Of a stretch of 39,022 bases of DNA, positions 8,628 through 17,740 are shown in pieces (within the stretch, counting starts at the first letter, position 1; every line of letters begins with the position of its first letter). The notes beneath the pieces were generated by a model. It was given only the letters and a program-made list of their open reading frames with translations, was not told the origin of the DNA and did not search any database. This stretch comes from Planctomycetaceae bacterium (GTDB lineage: Bacteria; Planctomycetota; Planctomycetia; Planctomycetales; Planctomycetaceae), in contig JBGCDN010000215.1 in assembly GCA_045105495.1 (NCBI GenBank), positions 1 through 39,022 on the forward strand, read 5' to 3'. The position numbers and the translations under genes are program-made.

Positions 8628-11276
8628 CTAGACACGGATGTCGATAGACTGACTGTCATCGTTGTTCGAAGGCGAAGTTTCGTGGTTGGAACGGTTCTCT
8701 TGAGGTCCGTTGTCAGAACTCGACTGTTGCCGTTGCGAGTCCGGTTTGGCTCGATCGTTGAAACCCGTCTGACCCTGGCTTTGTTGCTCAATATCGAAGC
8801 TGCCAACAGAAATTCCCGACTGCGTCAGGCTGTCGCGCAGGTCGGAAAGTTCGCTTTGCAGAAGCTCCAGCGTGCCGGGTTCTACAACGGCAATTCGTGC
8901 GGACACTTCGTTGTCTGTGCGGCTGACCTTGATGTTCAATCGGCCCATTTCCGGTGGGTCGATTTCGATCTCCAGTTCGGTGGTTTCATCAACCTGTAGC
9001 AACTTTGCTCGACTGACGATCGTGTCGTGCGTGTCTTCGACAAGGCTCTCAAATGCGACCTGCTTCGATTCGTCAGGAGTCGCGGCAGCCTCTGAATAGA
9101 GCGATCCGACTGTTTCTGCTTTGTCAGCAAATGCAGGAACCTGCGTTGGCGGAACGTCTGGCACCGCATCGACGCCAGTGACAACTGCCTCTGAATCTTC
9201 AGCGATTGCAACGGTTGCTACAGCAGCTGTTGCCGCCGGAACCGCAGCCAACGTCGCACCGGACCGCAATGACTGCGAACTCTCTGGCGGTTCATACTGT
9301 TCAACCGGTTCGTTGGTATCGATGCTGGCAGCTTCATCAACGACCGAAGTGTCGCGATGAGAGCTTGATGACGTTCGGGCTTTCGCTTCGTTTGGTGTTT
9401 CGAGCTGCTCCACAGGCGTCGCCTCTTCACGCACACTAGCTTGATCCTCGGCAGCGACCGGTTGCAGCAGAGTTGGTTCGCTTACTGGTTCATCAGTGTG
9501 TTCAAGCGAGGCCGCTTCAGTGGGTCCGGTACTGGCCCTATTCGAAGCACGTGGCTTTGGTGTGAACTCAGCCTGCGCGACAACGACTGGTGAATTTGTC
9601 ACCACACTACTCTGTGTCGGCTGAGCAGTTGGTTGCGAGACTGTTGTCTGCGGAGTCGGGCGGTGTTCTTGTGACGCCAACTCTGGTCGACGAAATTCGG
9701 CTGGGCGGACATCAGACGAATGGTCGATGGCCGATTCCGCCTCCGTCACGACATTGGTCGTCGAGGGCTTCGATCCCGTTCGTCCGGCGGGAGCTTCGTG
9801 GGCTGAAGGGGCTTCAACTCCCAAGTTCGCTTCTGTTCCATGTGTTTCAGTTGAGACTGATTGAACCTGCGTACTTGCAGTGGTCGTCGAACGTGGTTCA
9901 GACTGAACTGCTGAAGACTTTGCTTCAGGAGCTCTTCCCGAAGTCACTTCTTGCTGAACCGTTTCACTCTGGGGCTTTGGGTTGGCCGACGGAACAGCGT
10001 TTCTTATCGGAGCAGCTGGACTCTCAGTTTGCTTCGCCGATGCGATGGTTGGCTGAGACTGGTTCGGCTCGTAGACAGGGTTCTTAAACGCCTGCGAGTC
10101 GACATGTGTTGGAACCGATTTCGTTGCCGACTGCGATCGTGCTGACTCAAACTCTAGCCCAGGAACTGACTTCGGTTCGACAGCTGCTAAGACTGATCCG
10201 CTCGGTCTCGTAGGGTTCTGAGTTCCAGGTTCTGCAAGCGAGACGAATGGCGAACTTCCAGTCCCAGATGCCGGCCGCGTTGGTGAAGTATCTTGGTCAA
10301 TCGATCTTGGCAACCGAACCGGCAAGCTACTCAGACCCGCAGAATTGTCAGATGCCGGGAGTGATGTCGCGGCGTTTGGGTTGGTTCTCGCTGGATGGTT
10401 GGTCAGCCCTGCAGCGGTTGGCTGACGTGGTGGTTCGAGCGATCGTGGTGCCTGAAGCGGCGCTTGTTCTGTTGGTCTTGTTGTTTGAACTGCCACACCG
10501 TCGACAGAGGTTTGGTTCGAGAGAGGCTCGGATGCTTGTTTTGAGTTCGTCGATTCCCCTCGCCCCGATGTTGGACTGTCAATTTTCGAGCGAATAACAG
10601 ATGCGAAATCAGTGGGCTCAGAAGCTGACTGTGAAGCAGCAACCGAAGCCACGCTTTCATACGAGGTTACACTCAAACTCTCAGCGTTACCGGTCTCAGA
10701 CCCATCCGCCGGATCGTGGGGTGACGAACGCAATTCCTTCAGAGTGACTTCTTTGCGAACATGTTGGTCGTTCTCGACTGAAACACTCAGCTGTTCGACT
10801 GGAACGAGCTTCCTCAGCGAAGCTTCTGCTGGAGTCTTGACCGCTACTGCGTCGTGGGGCGAAGGATCCAGCAAACTGTGTGCATCATTCGCAGCTGAAC
10901 CTATCGCAATCGCATTTTCCTGTTGCGATTCGGGAGTCGCCTCTGTGGGAGCGACGGGAAGCGAAAGGCCATTGTCAGCAACGCGTGGCAAGACTTGCTG
11001 CGCGTCTCTCTCATGAAAGTGACACACGACGCATTCGAAGTCAGCGGGCTCAATCGTCTTCGCATTCGTCGGACCGAAGACCAAGGCCGCAAAATCGGAA
11101 GACTCTGTTGGCTGAGTTCCAACAGCGACCGCAGCAGCTGCGGTCGGCCCGGCAGCACTGATTGGGTTTTGGTTGGACTGGCCTGACAGAAGTTGAGCCA
11201 AGCCTGCGGAAAAAGTCTGCACGTAGTTCCTCCATGGAGTGCTGGCGTTCTTATTGCATGTGGTGTGCCAATCCAT
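8628..11276 (-). CDS. fliK: Flagellar hook-length control protein FliK (882 aa, mostly low complexity)
   Basis: A C-terminal Flg_hook-type domain (LEIEIDPPEMGRLNIKVSRTDNEVSARIAVVEPGTLELLQSELSDLRDSLTQSGISVGSFDI) lies at about nt 8780-9015. The gene sits directly upstream of flgD-flgE. The remaining ~750 aa are rich in S/T/P/A/Q/E. Confidence 0.75.
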   Translation of the reverse strand: MDWHTTCNKNASTPWRNYVQTFSAGLAQLLSGQSNQNPISAAGPTAAAAVAVGTQPTESSDFAALVFGPTNAKTIEPADFECVVCHFHERDAQQVLPRVADNGLSLPVAPTEATPESQQENAIAIGSAANDAHSLLDPSPHDAVAVKTPAEASLRKLVPVEQLSVSVENDQHVRKEVTLKELRSSPHDPADGSETGNAESLSVTSYESVASVAASQSASEPTDFASVIRSKIDSPTSGRGESTNSKQASEPLSNQTSVDGVAVQTTRPTEQAPLQAPRSLEPPRQPTAAGLTNHPARTNPNAATSLPASDNSAGLSSLPVRLPRSIDQDTSPTRPASGTGSSPFVSLAEPGTQNPTRPSGSVLAAVEPKSVPGLEFESARSQSATKSVPTHVDSQAFKNPVYEPNQSQPTIASAKQTESPAAPIRNAVPSANPKPQSETVQQEVTSGRAPEAKSSAVQSEPRSTTTASTQVQSVSTETHGTEANLGVEAPSAHEAPAGRTGSKPSTTNVVTEAESAIDHSSDVRPAEFRRPELASQEHRPTPQTTVSQPTAQPTQSSVVTNSPVVVAQAEFTPKPRASNRASTGPTEAASLEHTDEPVSEPTLLQPVAAEDQASVREEATPVEQLETPNEAKARTSSSSHRDTSVVDEAASIDTNEPVEQYEPPESSQSLRSGATLAAVPAATAAVATVAIAEDSEAVVTGVDAVPDVPPTQVPAFADKAETVGSLYSEAAATPDESKQVAFESLVEDTHDTIVSRAKLLQVDETTELEIEIDPPEMGRLNIKVSRTDNEVSARIAVVEPGTLELLQSELSDLRDSLTQSGISVGSFDIEQQSQGQTGFNDRAKPDSQRQQSSSDNGPQENRSNHETSPSNNDDSQSIDIRV

Positions 11277-11497
11277 GATCCCACTTACGACGACGCAGTA
11301 AGACCATGTGTGACAACGACTTATGCAGCCACAATTCTGCGAACGGCAAACACTGCCGCAGGCGTTCGAGGAAACTCTTTCCAGGTTCGCGCGCGGTTCT
11401 TGCTGGCAAAATCTCGCCTTGGGTACTTCTACTCATTTGCCCTTAGTCCAACATCGCCGACTGCTTATCAGCAGATTGCCTGGTCGATGTAACCGGC
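11277..11497. promoter_or_regulatory. Divergent intergenic region between fliK (-) and flgB (+); presumed to hold both operon promoters
   Basis: This is a 221-nt non-coding gap between two divergently oriented flagellar gene strings. I could not match a convincing sigma-28 or sigma-54 consensus by eye. Confidence 0.4.
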
Positions 11498-11839
11498 ATG
11501 GACCCCATAACCAGACAAATCGGAAATCTCGACCAGCTACTCGATGCAACTGCCATGCGCCAACGTGTGCTCGCGCAGAACATCGCGAACGTCAACACGC
11601 CGGGTTACCACCGCCAAGACGTTTCGTTTGAAGAGCATCTGGACGCAAGCGGCGGAGCGGCGAACGTTGAACCGCAGGTCTACGAAGAAGAAGGCCTCGA
11701 AGAACGCGCGGATGGAAACAACGTCGACATCGACCACGAAATCGGCGCGCTGAATCGCAACGCGATGAAGTATCAGACGTGGGTGCAGGTGCTCAGCAGT
11801 CGGATATCACAGATGCAACACGCCATTCGTGGTTCGTAA
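11498..11839 (+). CDS. flgB: Flagellar basal-body rod protein FlgB
   Basis: RQRVLAQNIANVNTPGYHRQDVSFEE is present. The protein is 113 aa and is the first gene of the plus-strand flagellar string. Confidence 0.9.
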   Translation: MDPITRQIGNLDQLLDATAMRQRVLAQNIANVNTPGYHRQDVSFEEHLDASGGAANVEPQVYEEEGLEERADGNNVDIDHEIGALNRNAMKYQTWVQVLSSRISQMQHAIRGS

Positions 11840-11884
11840 TTCCGAGCTCAGAGGCCACTGACAGTTTAGAGGGGGGACGAAGTC

Positions 11885-12319
11885 GTGCGAGTGGGACGTT
11901 TTCTTTCAGCAAGTCAGGTATCCGCATCCGGACTCAGCGCCGAACGCAAGCGGATGGAAGTCGTGGCGAACAATATCGCCAACGCGCATTCGACGAGAAC
12001 ACCAGACGGGTCTGCCTTTCGTCGTCGTGACATTGTGTTTGCTGCCGCCATGGATTCCAAAGATCCATTCGCAGCGAACGGTCTGCACGGAGTGAAAGTT
12101 GTTTCTGTGCAGGAAGACAACAGCCCGCTACCGCAGGTCTACAACCCGGGCCATCCGGATGCAGACGACAAAGGCATGGTCACAATGCCAAACGTTTCCA
12201 TCCCAAACGAAATGGTTGACATGATGACAGCCAGTCGGGCGTACGAAGCGAACCTCAAGATGTTAACGACGTTTCGAGAGATGGCCGAACAAACCCTGTC
12301 GCTATTGCGAGCTACCTAG
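11885..12319 (+). CDS. flgC: Flagellar basal-body rod protein FlgC
   Basis: SASGLSAERKRMEVVANNIANAHSTRTPDG is present near the N-terminus and MTASRAYEANLKMLTTFREMAEQTLSL at the C-terminus. The GTG start is preceded by gaggggggac. Confidence 0.9.
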   Translation: MRVGRFLSASQVSASGLSAERKRMEVVANNIANAHSTRTPDGSAFRRRDIVFAAAMDSKDPFAANGLHGVKVVSVQEDNSPLPQVYNPGHPDADDKGMVTMPNVSIPNEMVDMMTASRAYEANLKMLTTFREMAEQTLSLLRAT

Positions 12320-12321
12320 AC

Positions 12322-12642
12322 GTGTCTATTTCACCAATCGGCGGAGTGCCCGGAGCATCCGGTGTTGGACCGACCAGTTCGGTTCCCAACATCGTCAAGG
12401 CTCCTCGATCGGAAGCGTCCGGAGCGTCGTTTGCGAAGCTGCTCGGCGAAATGGTGAACGAAGCCAGCGCACAACATCAGCAGGCAGACACTTCAGTCAA
12501 ACAGTTAATGAGTGGCGAAACAGACAACCTTCATGAAGTCGTTCTGGACGCTGCTCGAGCGGACATGTCGTTTCGATTGTTGGTCGAAATTCGAAACAAG
12601 CTGATGGATGCGTATCAGGAAATTATGCGAATGCAGGTTTGA
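12322..12642 (+). CDS. fliE: Flagellar hook-basal body complex protein FliE
   Basis: The C-terminal signature LLVEIRNKLMDAYQEIMRMQV is present. The gene starts 2 nt after the flgC stop. Confidence 0.85.
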   Translation: MSISPIGGVPGASGVGPTSSVPNIVKAPRSEASGASFAKLLGEMVNEASAQHQQADTSVKQLMSGETDNLHEVVLDAARADMSFRLLVEIRNKLMDAYQEIMRMQV

Positions 12643-12713
12643 CGTTGTAACGCAGCTTCTATTCGGCAACGCGTTTTCGATGTACGTCAAACGGTCAAAT
12701 TGTGGGGGCAAAG

Positions 12714-14237
12714 ATGGAAACCATTAAGAACGCACTTAGCCAAGCGCAGCGCGTTTGGGAGCGATCCAGCCGTGGCAACAAGATTGCCACGATTGCGATG
12801 GTACTTGTAAGTGCCGTGTCGATTTTCGGTGTTGGAATCTGGTCGATGCAGCCGCAGTATATTCCGCTGGCGCTCGAATTGGAGACAGGCCAGGTTACCA
12901 CCGCCAAGACGCGAATCGAAGCTGCGGGCATTCCAGTCAAGATGAACTTCAACGCCACCGGAATTCTGGTTCCCAAATCACAGTGGAATGCCGCACGTCT
13001 CGCTGCAGGCGACGCGATTCCTGAGGGTTTTGCAGACCCCGAACTGCAGGAACTTGGCCCATTGGACTCACGCGAAAAACATCGCGAGATTGCTCTTCGA
13101 AACAACGAGCTTCGACTCCAAGCCACGATTCGACAAATCCAGGGCATCAAAAATGCCACAGTTCATATTAGTAAGCCGGACGACGAACTGTTTGTCCGCG
13201 AAAACGGAGATACTCGCGCTAGCGTCGTTTTGGATCTTGATCGCGGCCGAACCTTTTCAAGAACCAACGCAGAAACAATCGTGCAACTTGTCTCTCACGG
13301 GGTCGAAGGGCTAGCTCCGGACAACGTCTCAGTCAGTACAACCCGCGGTGAAAATCTGCGGGGACTTAATGCAGGAGTCGACTCCGAAGTTCAAGCACAG
13401 CTCGAGTATCGCAAGCTAGTTGAAGCTCATATCGCTGGAAAAGCAGAGAGTCTGCTTTCACAGATGCTTGGGACAAACAATGCAATTGTCCGAGTTTCTG
13501 CGGATATTGACTTCACGACGTTAAAGATCATTGACACTCGGTACGATGCCGAAGGAAAAGTTGCCGCAGACACGAAGATTGATAACGAGACGACCTATAA
13601 GACCGGACGAAGCGCTATTGGTCCGGTCGGGACGACACCCAATCTCGCAGGGCAAACCGGTACAGGTGTGCTTAGATCATCTCCGGACAAGAAGGAGAAT
13701 ATCACCTCCAAGTTCTTGGTCCCCAAGACTGTCGAGACAACTAATGGGCCAAAGGGGAAGCTGCAGCGTCTGACTGTCGCAGCCATGGTTGACCTGAGTG
13801 GATTCCCTGAAGGTGCGGCAAAGCCAACTCTCGAACAGATCAAAGCACTGATTCGCACTGCCACGGGTATCGATGAAACTCGTACCGACACCATTGAGGT
13901 TGTTGAAGCGACTCTGCCGGACCTGGAAGAACTGATTCCAGTAGCAGCTCCAGCTGGTTGGAACCAGTATCGCGACATGTTCCAGGTTGTGTCGCTGGGG
14001 CTGGCTTCGCTGGTCGCTTTCGTCCTCGGATTCATGACGCTTCGCCGAATGAAACCGATCACGTTGAAATCAGAAGCGGCTGCTGATGCTCGTCGGGAAC
14101 AATTGCTGGCCAACATCTCTAACCAGGCCGAACGCGATCCGGAAACCGTTTCACGCATCGTTGCAGCTTGGTTAAACGAACCACTGCCATCCGACGAAGA
14201 AGCCAAATCATCAGACCCGGTTCGTGCAGCCGCTTAG
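12714..14237 (+). CDS. fliF: Flagellar M-ring protein FliF
   Basis: A YscJ/FliF-type region is present (GIPVKMNFNATGILVPKSQWNAARLAAGDAIPEG), with an N-terminal TM helix and a C-terminal TM helix (VVSLGLASLVAFVLGFMTL). The ORF opens at GTG 12702. The ATG at 12714 is preceded by GGGGG. Confidence 0.9.
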   Translation: METIKNALSQAQRVWERSSRGNKIATIAMVLVSAVSIFGVGIWSMQPQYIPLALELETGQVTTAKTRIEAAGIPVKMNFNATGILVPKSQWNAARLAAGDAIPEGFADPELQELGPLDSREKHREIALRNNELRLQATIRQIQGIKNATVHISKPDDELFVRENGDTRASVVLDLDRGRTFSRTNAETIVQLVSHGVEGLAPDNVSVSTTRGENLRGLNAGVDSEVQAQLEYRKLVEAHIAGKAESLLSQMLGTNNAIVRVSADIDFTTLKIIDTRYDAEGKVAADTKIDNETTYKTGRSAIGPVGTTPNLAGQTGTGVLRSSPDKKENITSKFLVPKTVETTNGPKGKLQRLTVAAMVDLSGFPEGAAKPTLEQIKALIRTATGIDETRTDTIEVVEATLPDLEELIPVAAPAGWNQYRDMFQVVSLGLASLVAFVLGFMTLRRMKPITLKSEAAADARREQLLANISNQAERDPETVSRIVAAWLNEPLPSDEEAKSSDPVRAAA

Positions 14238-14252
14238 CGGGAGGAGCCTTGA

Positions 14253-15281
14253 GTGCTTGATCTTGTTCACCAATCCAGCGACGAACGCGTAGCGATACTG
14301 CTGCGCGCGCTTGGGCCGGAATTGGGTGAGCAGATCCTGACTGTCTTTAGTGACGAGCGCACATCGCAACTGCGGAAAACGATGCGAGAACTCGACACAG
14401 AGGGTGTCGATTCGGAACTCGAAGGCGAAGTACTGGACGAGTTCGAACGTTTCCTTCGGTTCGCCACCGAAAACAAACCCAGCCCAGAGAACGACCCGGC
14501 TCTGCAGATCGCAAACACTGGTGACGAAGGCAACACCGCTCCGGGAGCGGCAGCAGGACAAAGCAAGGAAGCTGCAGCCAAGAAGGAAGAGCCTCGGAAG
14601 CCATTTGTTCCGACCGGCGATCCGATTGCAGACCTGATGCAATTGAGTTCTTACCAAATCAGCACAGCGTTGGAGAGCGAACACCCGCGAACAGCAGCAC
14701 TGGTCCTGAAACAATTGGATTCAGAAACAGCCGCGAAGGTTTTGCCCCTGCTACCGGAAGCATCTCGATCTGACGTCTTCCTGCAGATGAACCGCGAAGA
14801 CAGTAGTTCGCCACAACTCATCGCACGCATCGTGAAAACAACACTCGACAACGCATTGCAAATTGAGGAACCCGAAGGCGAAGAACTCGACGCCGATGGC
14901 CGCGCGGCAGCGCTGCTTCGGTCACTCGACAAGTCCGCGCGGAACGAAATGTTGGACGCATTGCAGGCGGAAGATGCCGAGATGGCCGAACGCGTTCGCG
15001 CGTTGCTGTACGAGTTCGAAGACATCCTGAAACTCACCGGTCGTTCGGTTCAAAAACTACTTGGCGAATTCGACATCGACACACTATCCGCCGCTCTAAA
15101 AGGCGCAGATCAAGCGCTGGCCGATCAGGTTCAGGCCAACCTTTCCCGCCGCGCCAGAGAGCGATTGATTGAAGAGATGGAACTCGCCACACCCGATCCG
15201 GACGCCATTGAAGCGGCTCGGAAAGAAATTGCGGGAGCCATGGGTCGGCTGGACGCCGCCGGCGATTTGCAAATGGCTTAG
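14253..15281 (+). CDS. fliG: Flagellar motor switch protein FliG
   Basis: ERVAILLRALGPELGEQIL is present, along with EHPRTAALVLKQLDSETAAKVLPLLPEASRSDV and the C-terminal stretch LSRRARERLIEEMEL. GGGAGGAG lies 7 nt upstream of the GTG. Confidence 0.9.
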   Translation: MLDLVHQSSDERVAILLRALGPELGEQILTVFSDERTSQLRKTMRELDTEGVDSELEGEVLDEFERFLRFATENKPSPENDPALQIANTGDEGNTAPGAAAGQSKEAAAKKEEPRKPFVPTGDPIADLMQLSSYQISTALESEHPRTAALVLKQLDSETAAKVLPLLPEASRSDVFLQMNREDSSSPQLIARIVKTTLDNALQIEEPEGEELDADGRAAALLRSLDKSARNEMLDALQAEDAEMAERVRALLYEFEDILKLTGRSVQKLLGEFDIDTLSAALKGADQALADQVQANLSRRARERLIEEMELATPDPDAIEAARKEIAGAMGRLDAAGDLQMA

Positions 15282-15298
15282 CCAACAAGAACTGACTG

Positions 15299-16045
15299 AT
15301 GGATATGCAAGGACGCAAACAAACTATTGGAACAGGGCCAACTCGCCACATCGTGCGAGTCACTCAGCCCGTGCGCTCTGCGCGTCTTGTGGGTTCGGCT
15401 GTTGTGCCGCGGCCAGCGGTGCCAGTTCCGGTGGGACCTCGGCACGCTCAAGCATCGCAGTCGGTTCCAGATCCATCTGCCGCTCAGACGAGGCAACCAC
15501 GACCTGCACCGACACCAGCTCACGATCCGGCCGTTCTTCAGGTAATCGAAACAAGGCTGAATGCTATCGAAGCAGCCGTGCAAGAAACAGAACTTCGGCG
15601 ACAGGAATCGCTGGACGAACTTCGTTTAGTCACCGTTGAAATGTCGGTCGCCATTGCATCCCGAATTGTGGGAGACAGTGCCCAGTCGACGACAGGCATT
15701 GAAGAGCTCGTCAACGAAGCAGTCACCCGCTTCGGCGGTTCAGACGAAATCACCATCGCGTTGAACCCGAACGATCTTGCAGAACTAAACCGGGCATTAG
15801 AGGGGCGACCACCGCCGTGGTCTGAATCGGGTTCGCCAAGACTTGTCGCTGATCGCAATGTTGCGTCGGGCGACTGCGAAGTGAATGGGACTGATTTCAA
15901 CTACGTGGCACGAATGGAACTGGTGCTCGACGAGATTCGCGTCGGGCTGATGGAATCGCTTGAACATGCTCAGATTGAACGTCGAAGAACTCAAGCAACA
16001 GGTTCAGGCCTGCGACGCTTTCCGGATCGCCGGGAAACTGCGTAG
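15299..16045 (+). CDS. fliH: Flagellar export apparatus protein FliH (Pro-rich N-terminal extension)
   Basis: The gene sits between fliG and fliI. It has a central helical region and a C-terminal block RLVADRNVASGDCEVNGTDFNYVARMELVLDEIR typical of FliH/YscL-type ATPase regulators. Confidence 0.65.
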   Translation: MDMQGRKQTIGTGPTRHIVRVTQPVRSARLVGSAVVPRPAVPVPVGPRHAQASQSVPDPSAAQTRQPRPAPTPAHDPAVLQVIETRLNAIEAAVQETELRRQESLDELRLVTVEMSVAIASRIVGDSAQSTTGIEELVNEAVTRFGGSDEITIALNPNDLAELNRALEGRPPPWSESGSPRLVADRNVASGDCEVNGTDFNYVARMELVLDEIRVGLMESLEHAQIERRRTQATGSGLRRFPDRRETA

Positions 16046-17282
16046 TGCCCGGGGTGTCCTGCGTGCGCGAATTCCGGCGACGGTGGGTGAGCTGTGCCAT
16101 ATCGAAGTCAGTGCTCACGAACGCATGTTGGCCGAAGTGATTGGCTTTTCAGAAGACGATGCTTTGCTGATGCCGTACGGGCAAGTTGATGGCCTTCGCC
16201 CTCGCATGACCGTCGTCGCGCTCGGACGGACTCTGCGAGTTCCCGTTGGCAATGCTGTTATCGGTCGCGTTCTCAACGCATTGGGAACACCCATCGACAT
16301 GCGTGGGCGATTATCCACGGTTCGATTCCGTCGACTAATTTCAGGTAGCCCGGCTCCGATGAATCGCGGAGAAATAGTCACTCCGTTTGAAACTGGCCAG
16401 CGATCAATCGATGGCCTGTTGACGATGGGGTGCGGGCAACGTGTTGGTCTGTTCGCTGGGAGTGGCGTCGGCAAAAGTACGCTACTGGGCGAGATCGCGA
16501 AACACGCGTCATCAGACATCAATGTTGTTGCACTCGTGGGCGAACGCGGTCGTGAACTACGTCCGTTTCTGGAGGAAAGCCTCGGAGCCGAAGGGCTTCG
16601 CAGATCGGTTGTCGTGGTGGCTACTTCCGACGAACCACCTCTCATGCGACTTCGGGCAGCGCAAACGGCCGTGACAATCGCCAACGAATTTCGCGAAGAA
16701 GGTCGCAACGTTCTGTTGATGCTCGACAGCCTCACGCGTCTCGCTCACGCACAACGTGAGATCGGTTTGATGCTGGGCGAACCGCCAACGGCTCGCGGGT
16801 ACACACCGTCTGTGTTTCAGAATATGGCGAACCTGCTGGAACAGCTTGGACAGGATAGAAACGGTTCTATCTCCGCAATCGTGACTGTTCTTGTCGATGG
16901 CGACGACACAGAAGAACCGGTGTCGGATGCGGCTCGTTCGATTCTGGACGGGCACATCGTTTTAGACCGACGTCTGGCTCAAGCGGGTCACTATCCGGCA
17001 ATCGACATCTCTCAGAGTGTCAGCCGACTATTCACCAGCGTGAACGACGAAGCTCACGTCGCTGCCGGAACCAAAGTCCGCGCGATCATAAAGACGTTGG
17101 CGGAAATGGAAGACCTGATTCGACTGGGCCTCTACACCAAAGGCGCATCACAACAAGTCGATACAGCTTTGTCGCTGCAGCCTGCGATCAACACGTTGTT
17201 GCAACAGTCGCCTAACGAAGTCTGTTCATACGATGAAACTCGCAAAGCGTTGCTACATATCGGAGAAGCCTGGCCATGGTAA
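15966..17282 (+). CDS. fliI: Flagellum-specific ATPase FliI
   Basis: Walker A (GLFAGSGVGKSTLLGEI) and Walker B (NVLLMLDSLTRLAHAQREI) are present. The N-terminal beta-barrel begins at FRIAGKLRSARGVLRARIP. The ATG lies at 15966 and a TTG alternative at 15960. Confidence 0.95.
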   Translation: MLRLNVEELKQQVQACDAFRIAGKLRSARGVLRARIPATVGELCHIEVSAHERMLAEVIGFSEDDALLMPYGQVDGLRPRMTVVALGRTLRVPVGNAVIGRVLNALGTPIDMRGRLSTVRFRRLISGSPAPMNRGEIVTPFETGQRSIDGLLTMGCGQRVGLFAGSGVGKSTLLGEIAKHASSDINVVALVGERGRELRPFLEESLGAEGLRRSVVVVATSDEPPLMRLRAAQTAVTIANEFREEGRNVLLMLDSLTRLAHAQREIGLMLGEPPTARGYTPSVFQNMANLLEQLGQDRNGSISAIVTVLVDGDDTEEPVSDAARSILDGHIVLDRRLAQAGHYPAIDISQSVSRLFTSVNDEAHVAAGTKVRAIIKTLAEMEDLIRLGLYTKGASQQVDTALSLQPAINTLLQQSPNEVCSYDETRKALLHIGEAWPW

Positions 17283-17719
17283 AAACGCCGGAGCAATTAG
17301 ACCGAGTTCTCAACGTTCGAAAACAACGCCTGCGAATGCTTGAGTTCCAGATTCAGAAGATCAACGCGGCAATCGCAAGCGAACGTAAGTTCGTGGCATC
17401 GCTACACCAAACAATTGCCGATTCCGCGAATCAACCAGCCAGTGCCAGTTCGCTGGAAGCACGATCTGTTTGGTTGAAGCAAACACTCTCTCGAATCAGT
17501 CGCAGCGAAGAACATGCCAGCGAACTAGCCACTCAGCAGAGTGAATTGGAAACGCAAAGACAACAAGCCGAACGTGAAGCAGAAGCACTGTCCACTTATC
17601 TGACCGACCAGAAGAAACTGCGTCGCAAAGAACAGATTCGCGCGGAACAAATCAAGCTTGACGACTTGCTCACACAACGGCGGTCGTACGACTCGGGTCA
17701 GGAATCTCATTCAGCTTAA
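17276..17719 (+). CDS. fliJ: Flagellar export protein FliJ (coiled coil)
   Basis: This 147-aa heptad-rich protein lies immediately after fliI. Its start overlaps the fliI stop (ATGGTAA). The call rests on position and composition rather than a strict motif. Confidence 0.6.
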   Translation: MVKTPEQLDRVLNVRKQRLRMLEFQIQKINAAIASERKFVASLHQTIADSANQPASASSLEARSVWLKQTLSRISRSEEHASELATQQSELETQRQQAEREAEALSTYLTDQKKLRRKEQIRAEQIKLDDLLTQRRSYDSGQESHSA

Positions 17720-17740
17720 ACATAGGAGCGAGGCAAAATC

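Noticed and set aside
11277-11497. Searched the divergent fliK/flgB region for sigma-54 (GG-N10-GC) and sigma-28 (TAAA-N15-GCCGATAA) promoters. TGGCAAAATCTCGCC and CGCCGAC caught the eye.
   Set aside because: The TGGCA element has GG-N9-GC spacing, off by one. The GCCGA-like element has no TAAA at the right distance. No promoter call is justified without consensus data for this phylum.
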